The notes beneath the pieces are model-generated. The model was not told the origin of the DNA and made no database searches. It saw only the letters and a program-made list of their open reading frames with translations. A stretch of 64,000 nt of DNA from Octopus vulgaris (Eukaryota). Of this stretch, positions 41,761-55,720 are shown piece after piece; the first letter of the stretch is position 1, and every line of letters begins with the position of its first letter. The position numbers were made by a program, and so were the translations under genes. Location: the NCBI GenBank assembly GCA_951406725.2, contig OX597815.1:37076001-37140000 (forward strand), written 5' to 3'.

Positions 41761-42091
41761 AATTCTTCTATATACATAATATTGAGATCTCTTTCTTTCT
41801 GTTGTTATCTTACCGTTTTTACCAATATATATATATACATACATACATACATACATACATACATACATACATACATACATACATACAAACATATATATAT
41901 ATATATATATATATAACATACAAAGGAGTGAAAAAACTACAGAAGGCTTGTGTTATAAGGTTAAAGAATATATTTAAGTAGTTATGTTAGAAAAATGTAA
42001 TAACATTTTTTGTATAGTAACATAGTTTTTGGAGAAATAACCGGTTTTATATTTTCTTTTCAACACCTGCTTTCACACACCAACATTCTCA

Positions 42092-42205
<114 letters not shown>

Positions 42206-42381
42206 AGTATTCACAAAAAGAAAAACAAAAGACGAAAACAAGTGGTGCAGAAAACAAACAGTTGTATTAATATAACGCTCGGGAATTGAAAAAGTCTTTA
42301 ACGTTTCGAGCCTACGCTCTTACACAGAAAGAAATAAGGAGAGAAAAATGTGTGTATTGGCTAGTGATCTATCATGGCGAA

Positions 42382-42437
<56 letters not shown>

Positions 42438-42557
42438 TATATATATATATAAAATACGAAAATACATCCAGACAGTTAGGTGATACAAAAAAAGGATAAC
42501 AAAACATCCAGATAGACGATACAAAGAAAACAAGGACGGGTCATTCGGAGTTCTCTA

Positions 42558-42630
42558 TTCCCACTCGAGTTCCAGATTATCTTTGCAATTTCCGCTGGTT
42601 ATACTCGAGATTGTTCCAATCTGGCCAGCC
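42558..42630 (-). ncRNA. Permuted hammerhead-like motif, family A copy 1 (core decayed)
   Basis: GGCTGG-CCAGATT-gga-ACAAT-C-TCGAGT-ataa-CCAGCG-GAA-ATTGC-aaagat-AATCTGG-a-ACTCGA-GTGGGAA. Confidence 0.45.
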
Positions 42631-43149
42631 CTAAGGAATAACAAAGCTAAGAACATGAGATTCTTTGGAAGAAAGCAGCGAATGTATACGAAGTCAAGGA
42701 CAGAAAAAACAGAAAAAACAGCAATTAACAGGACACAACAACAGGTTTCTTTCGACTAAGGAAGAATTAAATTAAGCTGGCGTTTGTGGAGGTAAAGCCT
42801 TACGGCAAGGACATATGATTTAACAGGCACAGGGAGGAATACAGATGCTGCACGGATGGTAGTCGAACCAAGAAAGAAGGGTCAGGCCTAGCCGAACACC
42901 GGTAACGTGGGGAGAGAAGAGAGAGAAGTAGACGCAGAGAGATAGAAGAAATAAGGAGGGGAGAGATTAAATGAAAGAGACACAGTGAAAGAGGAAGTGA
43001 AAGAGGAAGGAAAGTGAGAATGAAATGAAGGCCAGAAAATGATGGAGAGGGGGTACGAAAAAACGAAGAGTGGAATGAACGAAGTGTGAAAGGGCTGATA
43101 GAAAGAAGGAAAGAATGAAAGAATAGAAAGAATAATATAATCATACAAA

Positions 43150-43184
<35 letters not shown>

Positions 43185-43355
43185 CATATAAGAAACCAAA
43201 GTGTACGTAAGCGCTATATTTTATATATAAAAAATACAAAAATGGGACAAGGACGCAAAACATCCAGAGAGTTAGGTGATGCAAAAAAGGGGCAACAAAA
43301 CAACCAGACAGACGATACAAAGAAACCAAGGACGGGTTATTCGGAGTTTTTTTTA

Positions 43356-43428
43356 TCCTTAGTCGAGTTCCAGATTATCTCTGCAATTTCTGCTGGTTAT
43401 ACTCGAGATTGCTCCAATCTGGCCAGTC
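43356..43428 (-). ncRNA. Permuted hammerhead-like motif, family A copy 2
   Basis: GACTGG-CCAGATT-gga-GCAAT-C-TCGAGT-ataa-CCAGCA-GAA-ATTGC-agagat-AATCTGG-a-ACTCGA-CTAAGGA. Confidence 0.5.
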
Positions 43429-43536
43429 CCCTGTTTTCTTCCGTCCTTGTTTTCGTATACATTCGTTACTTCCTCCTGCAAAATAGGGGTAGTTTATCCT
43501 GTTCAGGCTATATTATTAGCATTACCCTGCGTTTGA

Positions 43537-43574
<38 letters not shown>

Positions 43575-43622
43575 GTGTGTGTGTGCAACTTTCCAGGGGG
43601 TCTTTACTCTTACATATATATA

Positions 43623-44905
43623 TATGAGGGGTGCCTAAAAGTAACCGGAAACGTTCTCTGTGGGACGAGCCCGTTGTACTTCAGGATTCCACCGCTAGAA
43701 GCCACTTCATGCGACCCTCAAGAAACAGTCTGCTAACCGGTGTCGTTGAGTGAAGTCGTACTAACATGGTACGTATTTTTTTTGCAGTGCTTCTCTTCTG
43801 CTTGTCGATTTTCGCAATGGCTGAAACGAAGGAACAATGTACTACCGAATTAGTTGAGATGATCCAAGCAGCTTACTAGAACGCTGCCATAGGCAAAACA
43901 CAAGTTTACGAGTGGTTTTCATTTTTTAGGAATGGTCACTTTTCGCTTGAAGACCAACCTCGTTCAGGGTGACCGTCAAACTCCTGAATGAATGAAAACA
44001 TCACAAAAATTCATGAACTGATCTTGAAGGATCGTCGCCGAATAATTGATGAACTTCATATGACTGGTGTATCCTGGAGCTCCTGTAAACGAATTTTGAG
44101 CGTGGAATTGCGAACGAAAAGAGTTGCGACAAAAATTTGTGCCTCGCTTGTTCACGGAATATCAAAATCAGTCACGACTGAATGCATGTCGTGAATTAAA
44201 AGAACAGTTGGAAGTTGATCTGACCCTTCTTCCGAAGGTCATCACTGGTGGCGAAAGCTGGTGCTATGAAGCAGCAATCACGTCAATGGAAACGAAGCAG
44301 CAATCAACTCAACAGAAGCATTCATTATCAACACACATCCAAAAAGCGCGTCAAGTGGAGTCGAATGTCAAGACGAAGCTGATTTGTTTCATCGATGCAA
44401 AAGGAATTGTTTACTTAGGATTTGTTCCTGCTGGTCAATCTGTTAACTAGACATTTTAATTGGTAGTTCTGAAGCATTTTCAAGACGCGGTGAGACGAAA
44501 ACACTCCGATCTGTAGCAAAGTGGAGAGTGGTAGTTTCATCACAACAATGCACCTGCCTACACCGCCTTGAGTGTGTGGCAGTTTTTGCCAAAAATGGCA
44601 TGACACCGTTTACCCACCCTTCCTATTCACCCGATCTTACTCCCTGCAACTTTTTTCTGTTCTCCCGAATGAAAAAAGTCCTTAAAGGAAAACATTTTGC
44701 AGATGCAGAAGAGGGGAAGAAGAAAACGATGGAGGCGTTAAAAGGCATCACTTTGTAAGAGTTCCAGGACTACTTCGAACAGTGGAAAACATGCCTGGAC
44801 CCCGATGCATTGCTTTAAATGGAGAATACTTCGAAGGCGATAGAAGTGTAAAATTGTAAAACTAAGTGAATAAAGTAATATTGCTAAATTCCGGTTTCTT
44901 TTGAA
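43623..44905 (+). mobile_element. Near full-length decayed mariner (DD34D) transposon
   Basis: EDQPRSG, KFVPRL, VITGGESW, HHNNAPA and HPSYSPDLTPCNFFLF motifs across frameshifts. TIR remnants AAAAGTAACCGGAA and TTCCGGTTTCTTTT. About 1.28 kb. Confidence 0.92.
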
Positions 44906-44999
44906 TATACATCTATGTATGTATGTATGTGTGTGTGTGTGTCCGTGTTCGTGTGTTTAGTACATCATTTTATTAAACACTGTAAGTATTACATTAGTT

Positions 45000-45428
45000 T
45001 TAAAATGTCGAGCAATCTTCAGCCACATATAGAATTTTTTAATTAAACGGACGATGCACATTCTTATACTTATTTCATTTGCCAACATATATAGACAGAG
45101 AGGTTAATTTCATCATTAAGAACATGGTGGTAGTATGTTCTCCGTCTGTAGATTTTATCACTGAGTTCACTTTGTTATTTAGATCTATCAGTGGGGAGGG
45201 GGTTTTCTATTCTTGGTTCAATGCACACAAACAAGAATGTTTTCTATTTATAGACAGAGGAAGGGGTAGTACAAATGTCAAAGCCATAAATCCATTACAT
45301 ATATTGTTATGTAAGTTAGGGTTGTTTGTTACTAATCTTTTCCTAATTTCCTCACTTTCCACATTTTTATTATTATCATTTATATTATTAATATTATTAT
45401 TATTATTATTCTTGTTTATATTAATCTT

Positions 45429-45461
<33 letters not shown>

Positions 45462-46019
45462 ATTTATTCTATTTCTAGCTAACTTAATATTTTTTCTATT
45501 TAGTCTAACTATTATGGTACCCATATTTGGAAGAGTAGAGTATGATATTCTCACTGATTTACTAGAAATTATTTTATAATATTTATGGGAAGCAGGGTAG
45601 TTTTTTTCTAGTATGGACATAAATTTGCCGTATATGTTCGTAGAAATTGACCAGTTGAAGGGGATATTTAGCTATACAACATATTTTCTTTTGAATTTTT
45701 TTAGTTGAGTAAGGGTGGGAAACATTAATGTTATCTATATCCTTTAGGGATTCGTTATTCGCTTTAAACTTATATTTATATTTATTAGTTTTTTTATAAG
45801 TGGGAGAGATTTTTATATTATTATTTATATTTATTTTATCTCTGTTTATTGTATCAGGTTTATATACTAGGTTACCCGTTTTGGTTGTTTTATATCTTTT
45901 TAAAGTAGAAGATTCTATATTATTTGAGCTATTTTCATTCATTTTATCATTTCAAAGATTTATATTATCAAGATCTAGGAAAGTGATTTCCTGGTCGTAT
46001 CCAGCTCCAGATAAAGCAA

Positions 46020-46020
<1 letters not shown>
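45000..46020 (-). mobile_element. Penelope-like element fragment (linker between RT and GIY-YIG)
   Basis: Frameshifted KRKYVV*LNIPFNWSISTNIYGKFMSILEKNYPASHKYYKIISSKSVRISYSTLPNMGTII, matching the PLE pattern WFNPPF..TNIG..F..L.KHFP..H..KI.N...K.SYS. Confidence 0.75.
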
Positions 46021-46074
<54 letters not shown>

Positions 46075-47255
46075 ACCGTCACCGTGACTGACCAGGCTAT
46101 CAGATGTTGCTACACATCGCTGGTCACAATGCGCTTCGCATTGTTTTAGCCTTCAAATGATGTCACCCCGCTGGCTAAGCGAGCAGGTCATATATATATA
46201 TATATATATATGAATCTTTAGTCACATATATTCAATGAGAATATTATATACTGAGTTTATATTGAATACTCTATTGTATCAAAGTATTAATACTATTAAA
46301 GTATTTATATATTTAATACGAGCGATTATATATATTTTATAATATATCACTTCTTAATTTGAGCGGAGTAATGCAAGCAGGAACTAAATGAACATTACTA
46401 AGATCCACACACAAATATCAAATACATACATATATTCATATGTTATACAGTCATTTATATTAAGAGTTCCTAAATACACACATGCATTGACTGAATATTG
46501 TTTTGCAAGACAATTAACTAAATTTTATTCGTCAATACTAATTTATCCTTCTTTGGCTATGCAATGCAATAAAAGAAACGTAAAATAAATTTTAAGTAAA
46601 TTAATTTGATAAAAGTATTGAAATGCCCTTTCAACAGCGATAACTAAGAAATATAAATGTAGATGCGAAAGAAACAACAGAAAAACCATTGGCTAATGAA
46701 AAAGAAAAAGAACTATTCCCCAGTGGAATTTGTAGCAGGGTAATCAAAATATCGATAAAATTCACAAACAATCATCCCAACTTTTAATTAACTTCACAAA
46801 ATGTCTTTTTCCATTTATCAAAATCCATGCAATTCGAACAGATGACGTGATGACTTCATTGAGGGACTAATAAAATCATGCCAATTACGTGCAGCAAAAC
46901 GACACCTGTTGCAATAGACAGAAGTTAATTGTTATAAATTGCAATGGGAAATTATATAGAGACATAAATGTGGCCACACATCGCATCATGCATCTACAGG
47001 AAGACTTTTCAAGCTTAGTAAATGAAACAAATCGTTGTGGAACATATCAATATAAGAACAGAAAAAACATTATAGAATATATATATATATATATGTTATT
47101 GTATTTGGAGACGGTCATGTTGCCAGATTAGCCAATGAAAACACACGCACTATATATTTTGTTCACTTCCTTCAGCTTTATTTTATATTAATTGTACATT
47201 AATGATTTTTCACATCCATAGAATTTATTTAGTAGTTATTTACAAGATAATCTCG

Positions 47256-47341
47256 GGACGTACGCGTGTTTCAACTGCAGTGACTGCATAGTGTTGGATA
47301 TGCAACCTTGGACCATAGTCAATGCAGTTTCCTCAGGGCCC
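47256..47341 (-). ncRNA. Type I hammerhead ribozyme motif with intact core and long stem II
   Basis: GGGCC-CTGAGGA-AACTGCATTGACT...AGTCACTGCAGTT-GAA-ACACGCGT-A-CGTCC. Stem II pairs at 12 of 13 positions. GUA site. Inside a (TA)n-flanked module at about 47095-47370. Confidence 0.78.
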
Positions 47342-47370
47342 TTTACTCTAGATCGTTTTGAAGTAAGCTT

Positions 47371-47413
<43 letters not shown>

Positions 47414-47916
47414 TTTTAAATTGCGTCTAGTCACCTTAATTATTATATAATTTTCACATTACTATTTTTCAGAATCAGCCACTGATTCCTATGGTAATTT
47501 CTGTAGAAACTGACAGGCAAAAGTTCAGTATTTCTAATGAGCATTAATTTTTATCCGAAATTAGCATGCTAATCTAATGCACCTTGTCGAATTACTAGGG
47601 ATCACGACATAAATCTAAAGTGAATTGATACAACAAATAACACATCACTGATATATTTGTTTCTTTGGACATTCATTTCCGCAGGCGGGGTCGAAAGGCA
47701 TTGCTTGTGACTGATGAAAAGTATTGCTTGTGACAGGTGGACATATAGCAGGGCTGCTATATTAAACCAACCGGACCAGTCTAAACTACACTATAAATTG
47801 CGTTTATATCTCACCAGACGAATATCAGTTTTCGGCTCCGAAAATTACTCAACATGGAATGATTATTGGGAGAATTATCAATGTGGCAATAAAAACTATA
47901 AGAATTTAATAGAGTA

Positions 47917-48125
47917 TACGAGGGGGTGCTGAAAAATTCCTGGCTTTGTGTAAAAGAAAACACAGGAGAATCAATTATGATTTAGTCAACATCTCTTCTC
48001 ATTTTCTCAGACTCACACACTTATTGCAGCGACCCTTCAATTTTTCTAAGCCCTCTAAAAGAACTCGGAACGTTGGGCCTCCAACCAGGCTTTTCGCGAC
48101 AGGAACTTTTTAGCACACTCTCGTG
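47917..48125. mobile_element. Mariner-derived MITE
   Basis: TIRs TACGAGGGGGTGCTGAAAAATTCCTG and CAGGAACTTTTTAGCACACTCTCGT. Confidence 0.8.
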
Positions 48126-48464
48126 ACTCAACTAAATAACGTATAAGTTACTTTAGGTTTTCTGCATTTCTTCATTTTTTGCTACATACACACACACACC
48201 TTATATATATGTGTGTGCTTGTGTGTATGCGCGTGCACGTATATTTGAATAAGTACGTGCGCAGTGGTGGATCTACTATAAAATGAATGGGGTCTAAGCT
48301 TCGAAGCCCCAGAAATAACTGTATTTTAGTGAGGGAATTTTTCTCCACTCCTCAGATTTAGTAGTGGTCACTAAAGTTGGTAGGTGTAGCAACCAACTTT
48401 CCCCCAAACTAAACATTACTATCTTAAAAGTGGCAGAGACAGGTAAAAGCATAATCTCTAGTCG

Positions 48465-48668
48465 AATCAAATCGACTCCAGGACTTATTCTTTGTAAGCC
48501 TAGTACTTATTCTATCGGTCTCTTTTGCCTAACCGCTAAGTTACGGGGACCTAAACACACCAGCATCGGTTGTTAAGCGATGTTGGGGGACAAACACAGA
48601 CACACAACGCATACATACATACATACATACATACATACATACATACATACATACATACATACATACAT

Positions 48669-48721
<53 letters not shown>

Positions 48722-48890
48722 AACATATATACAACAGGCTTCTTTCAGTTTCCGTCACCAAATCTACTCACAAGGCTTTGGTCGGCCCGAGGCTATAGTA
48801 GAAGACACTTGCACAAGGTGCCACGCAGTGGGACTGAACCCGGAACCATGTGGTTGGTAAGCAAGTTACTTACCACACTCCTGCGCCTAT
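48465..48890 (-). mobile_element. S2 SINE
   Basis: Highly similar to 8400-8828. Confidence 0.85.
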
Positions 48891-49825
48891 ACTTGGGAAA
48901 GGTGTTTGATGATGTTAAACAGTGCATTGTGCATGTTAAACCAGTGTCCTACCTGCATTAATCGTACTTTTTATATTTGGCATGAATAAACTTTAACTAT
49001 AATTGGCTAATATAACGTCAGACTTTTTCAATCGGAGTCGATAAAATATTGTCTGACAGCACCACAGATCAAACGATTTTCTACTACTAATAATAATACA
49101 AAAAAGCCTATGAAGCAATTAAAAACAACAATATTACAAAAATTATCCCAGAATAAAAGAAAAGAAAAAATTGGGCAAAACAAACCAAATGGAAAAAAGA
49201 AAAACTTAACTAACTATTCTATGTGAACAAAAACATAAATGTAACAAAAGTAAAAGCTTTAATGTAACTCTCATTTTTTCATTATAGTATAAAAGTTACG
49301 TATGTAATGAAGTTTAACTTGTAGAAAATGGATCCATATCCGTTGACTGTTATTTTAAAAAATATCAAATGTTTTGATTAGTGGTTTCCGATTTTTATTC
49401 ACATTAATAAGCGATACGAATGAGATAGTGATGTTCCTGTTTTGCTGTTTGAAACAGTTATCACAGACGCTGTTTAGCTAGAGATAATCTACGTTTATTC
49501 GATTCTCTCTTGCTAAATTATTGATACTGGACGCTCAAACTCGGTTAAGAGTTCTGATTATGTCAACAACTTAAAGAAACGCATCGACATTTTATATCGC
49601 TAGGATTTTGAGAACGACTTAGAATTCAATACTAGGAAGTTTCAAGATATCTTCTTTCATCAAACACACTGCATCTTGAATACTTTAAGTTGAAGAAATA
49701 TTGCAACCCCAAACTCTGTGAGAGATTTTAGGAGAAACAGTGAGCTAAGAGTCATCTTTCCACAGTAAGATCACGCACACGATAAGCAGAATGACGGTAG
49801 GGTAACAGTGAGAACGTCACTCAAG

Positions 49826-50016
49826 AAACAGGAAGAAAGAGTGAGAGAAAGGTAGGGCGAAAGAGTACAACAGGGGTCACCACCACCCCTACCGGCGCAT
49901 TGTGGAGCTTTAAGTGTTTTCGCTCAATAAACACACACAAGGCCCGGTCTGGGAATCGAAACCGCGATCCTCCGACCGCGAATCCACTGCTCTAACCACT
50001 GGGCCTTTACGCCTCC
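49826..50016 (-). mobile_element. S1 SINE, 5' part
   Basis: Matches the head of the 57038 and 62374 copies. Confidence 0.8.
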
Positions 50017-50559
50017 AGTTAAATCAAAATAAAACTGCAAATTTTTATTGCAAATTCTACTTACTTTATCACATTCTCTCTCTTTTTCTCTCCCCCTCTC
50101 TCTCTCATACACACGCACACACTAAACAATATATATGAAATTAAATATTAAAAACTTTTTTTTAGAATATTATCATCCACATATGTGCGCGATAGTATAT
50201 ATATATATATATATATCTTAAAATTATAAATTAGGGTATCTACGAGATACCACCATGCTGAAAATAGCAGCCATGAACCGACCCTAAAACCACCTAAGTT
50301 TTCATATAGCAACATGGAGAAAAGACAAAGAGACAAGATGAAACCTTAAATCAAAAATAGTTTATGAAGGAAAAAGGTCCGAATACCCAGGGTAAATAAT
50401 TAGCTGTAAAAATAATAATAAATTAATATATTAAGAGTTATATACGTTTAGCGTACTAGTATTTTATTATTATAATTTTCATCAGCTCTCTGGCGTACCT
50501 TTACTGTAAAAGAAAAAGTAAATGAAAACAGAATCCATTTTCTGAAAAGCAAATTATTT

Positions 50560-51384
50560 TATTAATGAACCACTTAAAATATATACTGGAGTTATAATGC
50601 AGCTGATAGTAGATACAATATGGCTGATAACAGATATAACATAGCTGATAGTATATTTCGTCGTACCAGAGAAGTTTCGATTAATCATAATTGACATAAG
50701 ATTTAGATCATTGAAGACGTTACTTTTGATTAGCTTCGGATAACTATAGCTTCTCTTTAGTTTTACATCCTTTGATATTTTCAATGACCCTTATTCATTT
50801 ATCTCGGCAGACAGCACAGATGATCAATAGGCGATTTCTATCTTAGGAGTTCTAAATCTTTCAGTCCTCTTTGTTGTTGTGTTACGTTTTCTTTCAGATC
50901 TTTCTCTGCTTAGATGAATTTTTGTCGCTTGGAAACGTTTTATTGTGGTCTGAACTACAGAACGAGAACATTTAACCTGTTAGGTTATGTCGATTTGAAG
51001 AGGTTTTTGAAAATGAAGAATTTATGCCTTTGATTGAATCCTGAAATAGAGATAGTTCCTGTTTCTTCAGCAATTTTGATTTTAAACGGTAATACTCTCC
51101 ACCGACAAAATAGAAAAAACTGGAAATAACTTGAATTTTTTACATATAAATAATACTCATGAATTTTTCAAAAATAGTTATGTCCCTTATAATCCACAAA
51201 TGTTTAAATTTCTATCTAAATTATGCATGGGATTTACATATAAATTATAGCTACTTATAAAGTAATATAAATACATGTGAATGTTGTATTTTATTCATAA
51301 ATGATGATATTCCAATTCTTATATATTACGCGAATGCCTGAACTAAAAATAACAAGCATGCCTAAGACTTGTGTATATGAGTGT
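50560..51384 (-). mobile_element. Tc1-like transposon 5' fragment
   Basis: TIR-like start TACACTCATATACACAAGTCTTAGGCA and RSERKRNTTTKED, the GRPR-like linker. Confidence 0.55.
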
Positions 51385-51560
51385 ACATACATGCAACACA
51401 CACACATATATACAGACGATGGGCCTCTTTTAATTTCCACATCCATTCAAAAGGCTCGAGGCTATATAAGACTGTAGGCCAAAGTACCACGCTGTGGGAC
51501 AGAACTCGGAACCATGTGATTGCGGAGCAAGCTTCTTACCACACACACACACACACACAC

Positions 51561-51642
<82 letters not shown>

Positions 51643-51877
51643 CATATATATATTTCAGAATGCGATAAAAAAACCAAGCCTGTGAAGATAGAACATTTAT
51701 AAGTAGGTCTTACAGCTTTTTCCAAGATATTTTTGTATATACACACGCTGATATATGACCTACGTTGGACTCCTTATTCGCACAGTCACCGAAACTTAAC
51801 TATGGTCTATCCATAGCACTTACTCAGCATCACCTGACACCTTTGGATCTTACTGACACCATTACCTCTCATAACCG

Positions 51878-51946
<69 letters not shown>

Positions 51947-52389
51947 CATACATACATAGTACAAGTATGCATGTATATGTACATATACAAACAAATAAAT
52001 TCCATTTAAGAGTTGAAGTCTGGTCTTAGTTTAATATCCTTTCTAAAGGCATAAGATCACTATGTTTTATTGCCTATCTTTGTGGAATAAAGCGATAAAT
52101 ATTTTTCTACCTATCACACTAATCGAAGCTGTAATGCAGAATCGGGTTTGAAGGTGTATAATATTATATGATAAGAAAACTGAAACAAAAATATCGATTT
52201 CTTACATCGTCACAAGACAATGTCACAAGAATGCACAAGTGTCGTGTAAAAGTAAGTTTACCATCTTCAGTAGTATAGAAAGCAAAGTGGACAGCAGTAG
52301 CATTCGAAGCTAGTATATAATAAGGAGATGAAACTAAATATTTCAAGGCGATGAGTGCTACTAATTTTAATACGGTGAAGGGAGATGCA

Positions 52390-52600
52390 ATGGCGAGCTG
52401 CCAGAATTGTTAGCACACCGGGCGAAATGCGTAATGGTATTTCGTCCGTCTTTATTTTCTGAGTCCCAATTCCGCCGAGGTCGACTTTGTTTTTCCTCCT
52501 TTCGAGGTTGATAAATTAGTACCAGTTGAATAATGAGGTTTATGTAATCGGCTTACTTCCGCTCCTGAAATTGCTGGCCTTGTGTCAAACTTTGAAACCA
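52390..52600 (+). mobile_element. S3 SINE
   Basis: Same modules as the other S3 copies. Confidence 0.8.
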
Positions 52601-52689
52601 CTATATCGGACTCTATAGACACATCATACTGATATATTTGATGCTCAGTGTGAACATATATAGTTTTACTTTTGTAGTAAATAAAACGT

Positions 52690-53330
52690 ATGTAGGTTGA
52701 CAGGTAATTGTAAAGCGATGCAGCTTGATGTAAGAACGGTTAGTGCGAGATACTATACGAAAAGAATACTGAAGCACGCTAGGTATGGCGAAAGAAAGAG
52801 AAACAGGTGTATCGAAAGGGCTTAGTGGAGGTTCTATGGAACCTTAGTGGAGGTTCAGAGAGGCAGATGCCGTTGTAACGGCAGAAAAAAGATAAATGGT
52901 GAATCTGCAAAGCAGTATTTATAGTCCGTCTGCGAGGGAATCATCGGCAGTTTGCCCAATGGTCACCTATTAAATACATTCTATGATGTTTTTGCGTGCA
53001 GCGAATGATTAGGACTGAAACATTTTACTAGCTTTGAAGAGCATGCATACGCTTAGGATGAAGTTTTCCTAATGCTATATATGTACGGTCTCTGTGGAGA
53101 GGTTGTCAAAGATTTAGAAACCTAGCATTTACAAAGTCGTCGAGAGTTTATTTTGTATCTGTCACAGGCAGAGTAAAGGACAATATAGTTTCCCTGATAG
53201 ATATATCTTTTTAAAGAGAGACAACTTGAAAAGTTTGAATAGTATAGAAGCTAGCCTTGGGACATAGTTTGAGAGCAATGACACCACCGTTATGAATCAC
53301 TTTGCTGCGCTAGAGCAATTGGAAGAGAGA
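52690..53330 (-). mobile_element. Decayed CR1/Jockey-group LINE 3' fragment
   Basis: LQIHHLSFFCRYNGICLSE resembles the ..LFYRY.NG.CS.EL motif. Confidence 0.4.
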
Positions 53331-54279
53331 TCGCAATTAGTGACTGCATGATTGTAATGATAGTGAAAGGCAGAGCCAAAAAGAGTTAAAAAGAGAAATA
53401 GGAAGTAAAATCTATTTGATATAATCAAGAGGACAGTTTAAGAGTACTATAGTGTGTAAGGAATGGCAGCTTGGGAGGTTCTGTAATATTAGTGGAAATC
53501 CCACCATCCATCACTCTATGTGAATTTAAAATAAGGATTTACAGTATTAAGAGAAAGCCAAAAAATTTGAAGCAGTAGTTTAATAAATTAATTAACAACC
53601 TTTGATTTGATTTGTATTTATTTTGTCAACACTAAAAGCAAAAAAGGAAAAGGTGAGAATTTGACTGAATGAAAAGAATCTTGATCAAATATTAATTTTA
53701 TTAGCTTTAATAAATATGTTTCATCAGAGAAGTTCCATCGATTATCTATAATGGTGAAGTCTTAGCCCATTACAATAAACATTTTGTCACCTTTCTATGC
53801 ATTATAATATAATGAATAGGGAGTCGGAATTGTTAACAAGACATTTGGTGTTATTCGTTGAGCTAACTGTCATGTCAGAAGGATTAATCTAATTATATCA
53901 GATGCAAAGAATAATGTATCAAAGCAGTCAAATGCCGTGGGAAGGATTTGTTATTTCTGTATAACGTGACATAGTGCCGTGTTGAATTAGAGGATTTGAA
54001 AAGCCAATGGCAAAACGAGTTCACAATACTACTTCGATTGTCAGTTGAAATGAATATAAATCAACTTCATTTAGTTACTAAAACTTAAATACAGAGTAGT
54101 GTCAAATTAACAGAAAACAATGCGATGTAATATGAAGAGCATCTTAAAAGTGGAAACAAAATTCAATGTGAATTAAGTGTGAGTTTTAATTTCCGGTTGA
54201 AACGAATCGCATACTTTTGGCACAAAGAACAAAAACGACCCAACGACAGAGCCTCTACACTCTTTACCCAACCGCCTAG

Positions 54280-54342
<63 letters not shown>

Positions 54343-55149
54343 CACACACACACACACACTTTTTTGCAGTATTCTTTTCTGGTTTCGACCACCCTTACTG
54401 GAACACCTCATTCAAGCGTTTTTTAATCGATTATATTGCCATCAATACTTAATTAAATTCTTATTTTATAGTCTTTATTTACCGAATGGCTAAATTAACT
54501 TTGAAACGTCAAAGGACACCAGTAAACGCACTAGTTTACGCCAGAACACACAGTCACAGTTACACTCTCATGGAAGGTTTGTCTGTTTTTGTGTGCACCA
54601 GTGTAAACTACTGTAGATCGATTTTCTATAGTTACTATATTGCATGTGCTATTGGCTATTAACAATTTCAAGGATTTCCTCTATGTACGTTTTAAAAAAC
54701 TCCATCGAGTAGCATCTGTATTCCGATTATTTTGAGGATATTGTGTTTATTGAAAACCAGAACAGATTCACATAAGTTTGAAAAAAATTCTAGTGTATTT
54801 GCTGGCATTAACATGTGAAAGAAGTTTGCAAATTTCTTTTTGAATTTACTTGCTTAATCAGCTGTAAATTCGCTGTAAATATTTACTGTATTTCAATATG
54901 TAAGAAAAAATGATTTTAATGAGTTTCTGTAAGGAATAGACACTTAATTTCCTCTCTGTAGGAACTTGAGCTTATTCTTCGTATTTCCCGTAGAAACATT
55001 GAAGCTAGAGTTATTAATAGTTTGAAACTCTCTTTGATCTGAAACGGAAAGTTTGAGGTGGTAAAATAATACTGGTGCTGTTACTCTGCAATCCATAGCA
55101 TATCAATGGAAAGAAGCTTAGTAGTAAATCAATAAGGAATTCATTGGTC

Positions 55150-55720
55150 CGCTGTAATATACTGTTCGACACTCAGTAGCGAGTACTTGTTCAATGAACT
55201 CCCTAAACCAATCCTGGCCGATGTTCATTTGTATAAACAGTATTCATATAGTAGTGGTATGCTGGAAGAGAGTGGCGACAACAAGAATATTTGCAATACT
55301 CTTAGTTCTGGAGCCAATAGAAATAAATTACGTCGTAATATCATCTTTTCATGTCCCTCTGTTTGCTAAATACCGAAATAAATACTGCTAAGGCTTATAG
55401 GTTTAATAGATAAATACTTCTCCAGTAGCCATGAATATGGGAAAGTGTTCATCAGGCATAATCTTAAGATTAGCTTTAGTTCTAACCCTCACAGGAAGTA
55501 AATAATTTCACATAAGTCTACTCCGACTTTATAAGTAAATGTGCGTGTCTGCTTAATGACACATGCAAGACAAAGGTTATTATGTACGAGGCAGAAATCA
55601 GAGCATCCAAGCCAGACCACGGTACAAGTCAAAAGTGGTAGACTGACATAGCAATAAGAAAATTCAAAGCGATATTTAACAATCACATTTCTACTTTCAA
55701 TACCTTGAGGCAGAACTGAG
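55150..55720 (+). mobile_element. Penelope-like element fragment (linker and start of GIY-YIG)
   Basis: RRNIIF..P...GLIDKYFSSSHEYGKVFIRHNLKISFS and IAIRKFKAIFNNHISTFN, the FK.R.NNH motif. Confidence 0.7.

Noticed and set aside
47685-47860. GAAA...CTGATGA at 47693-47717 and GAAT-A-TCAGTT-ttc-GGCTCC-GAAATTACT at 47820-47848
   Set aside because: Spacing resembles the permuted motif, but stems I and III cannot be completed convincingly.
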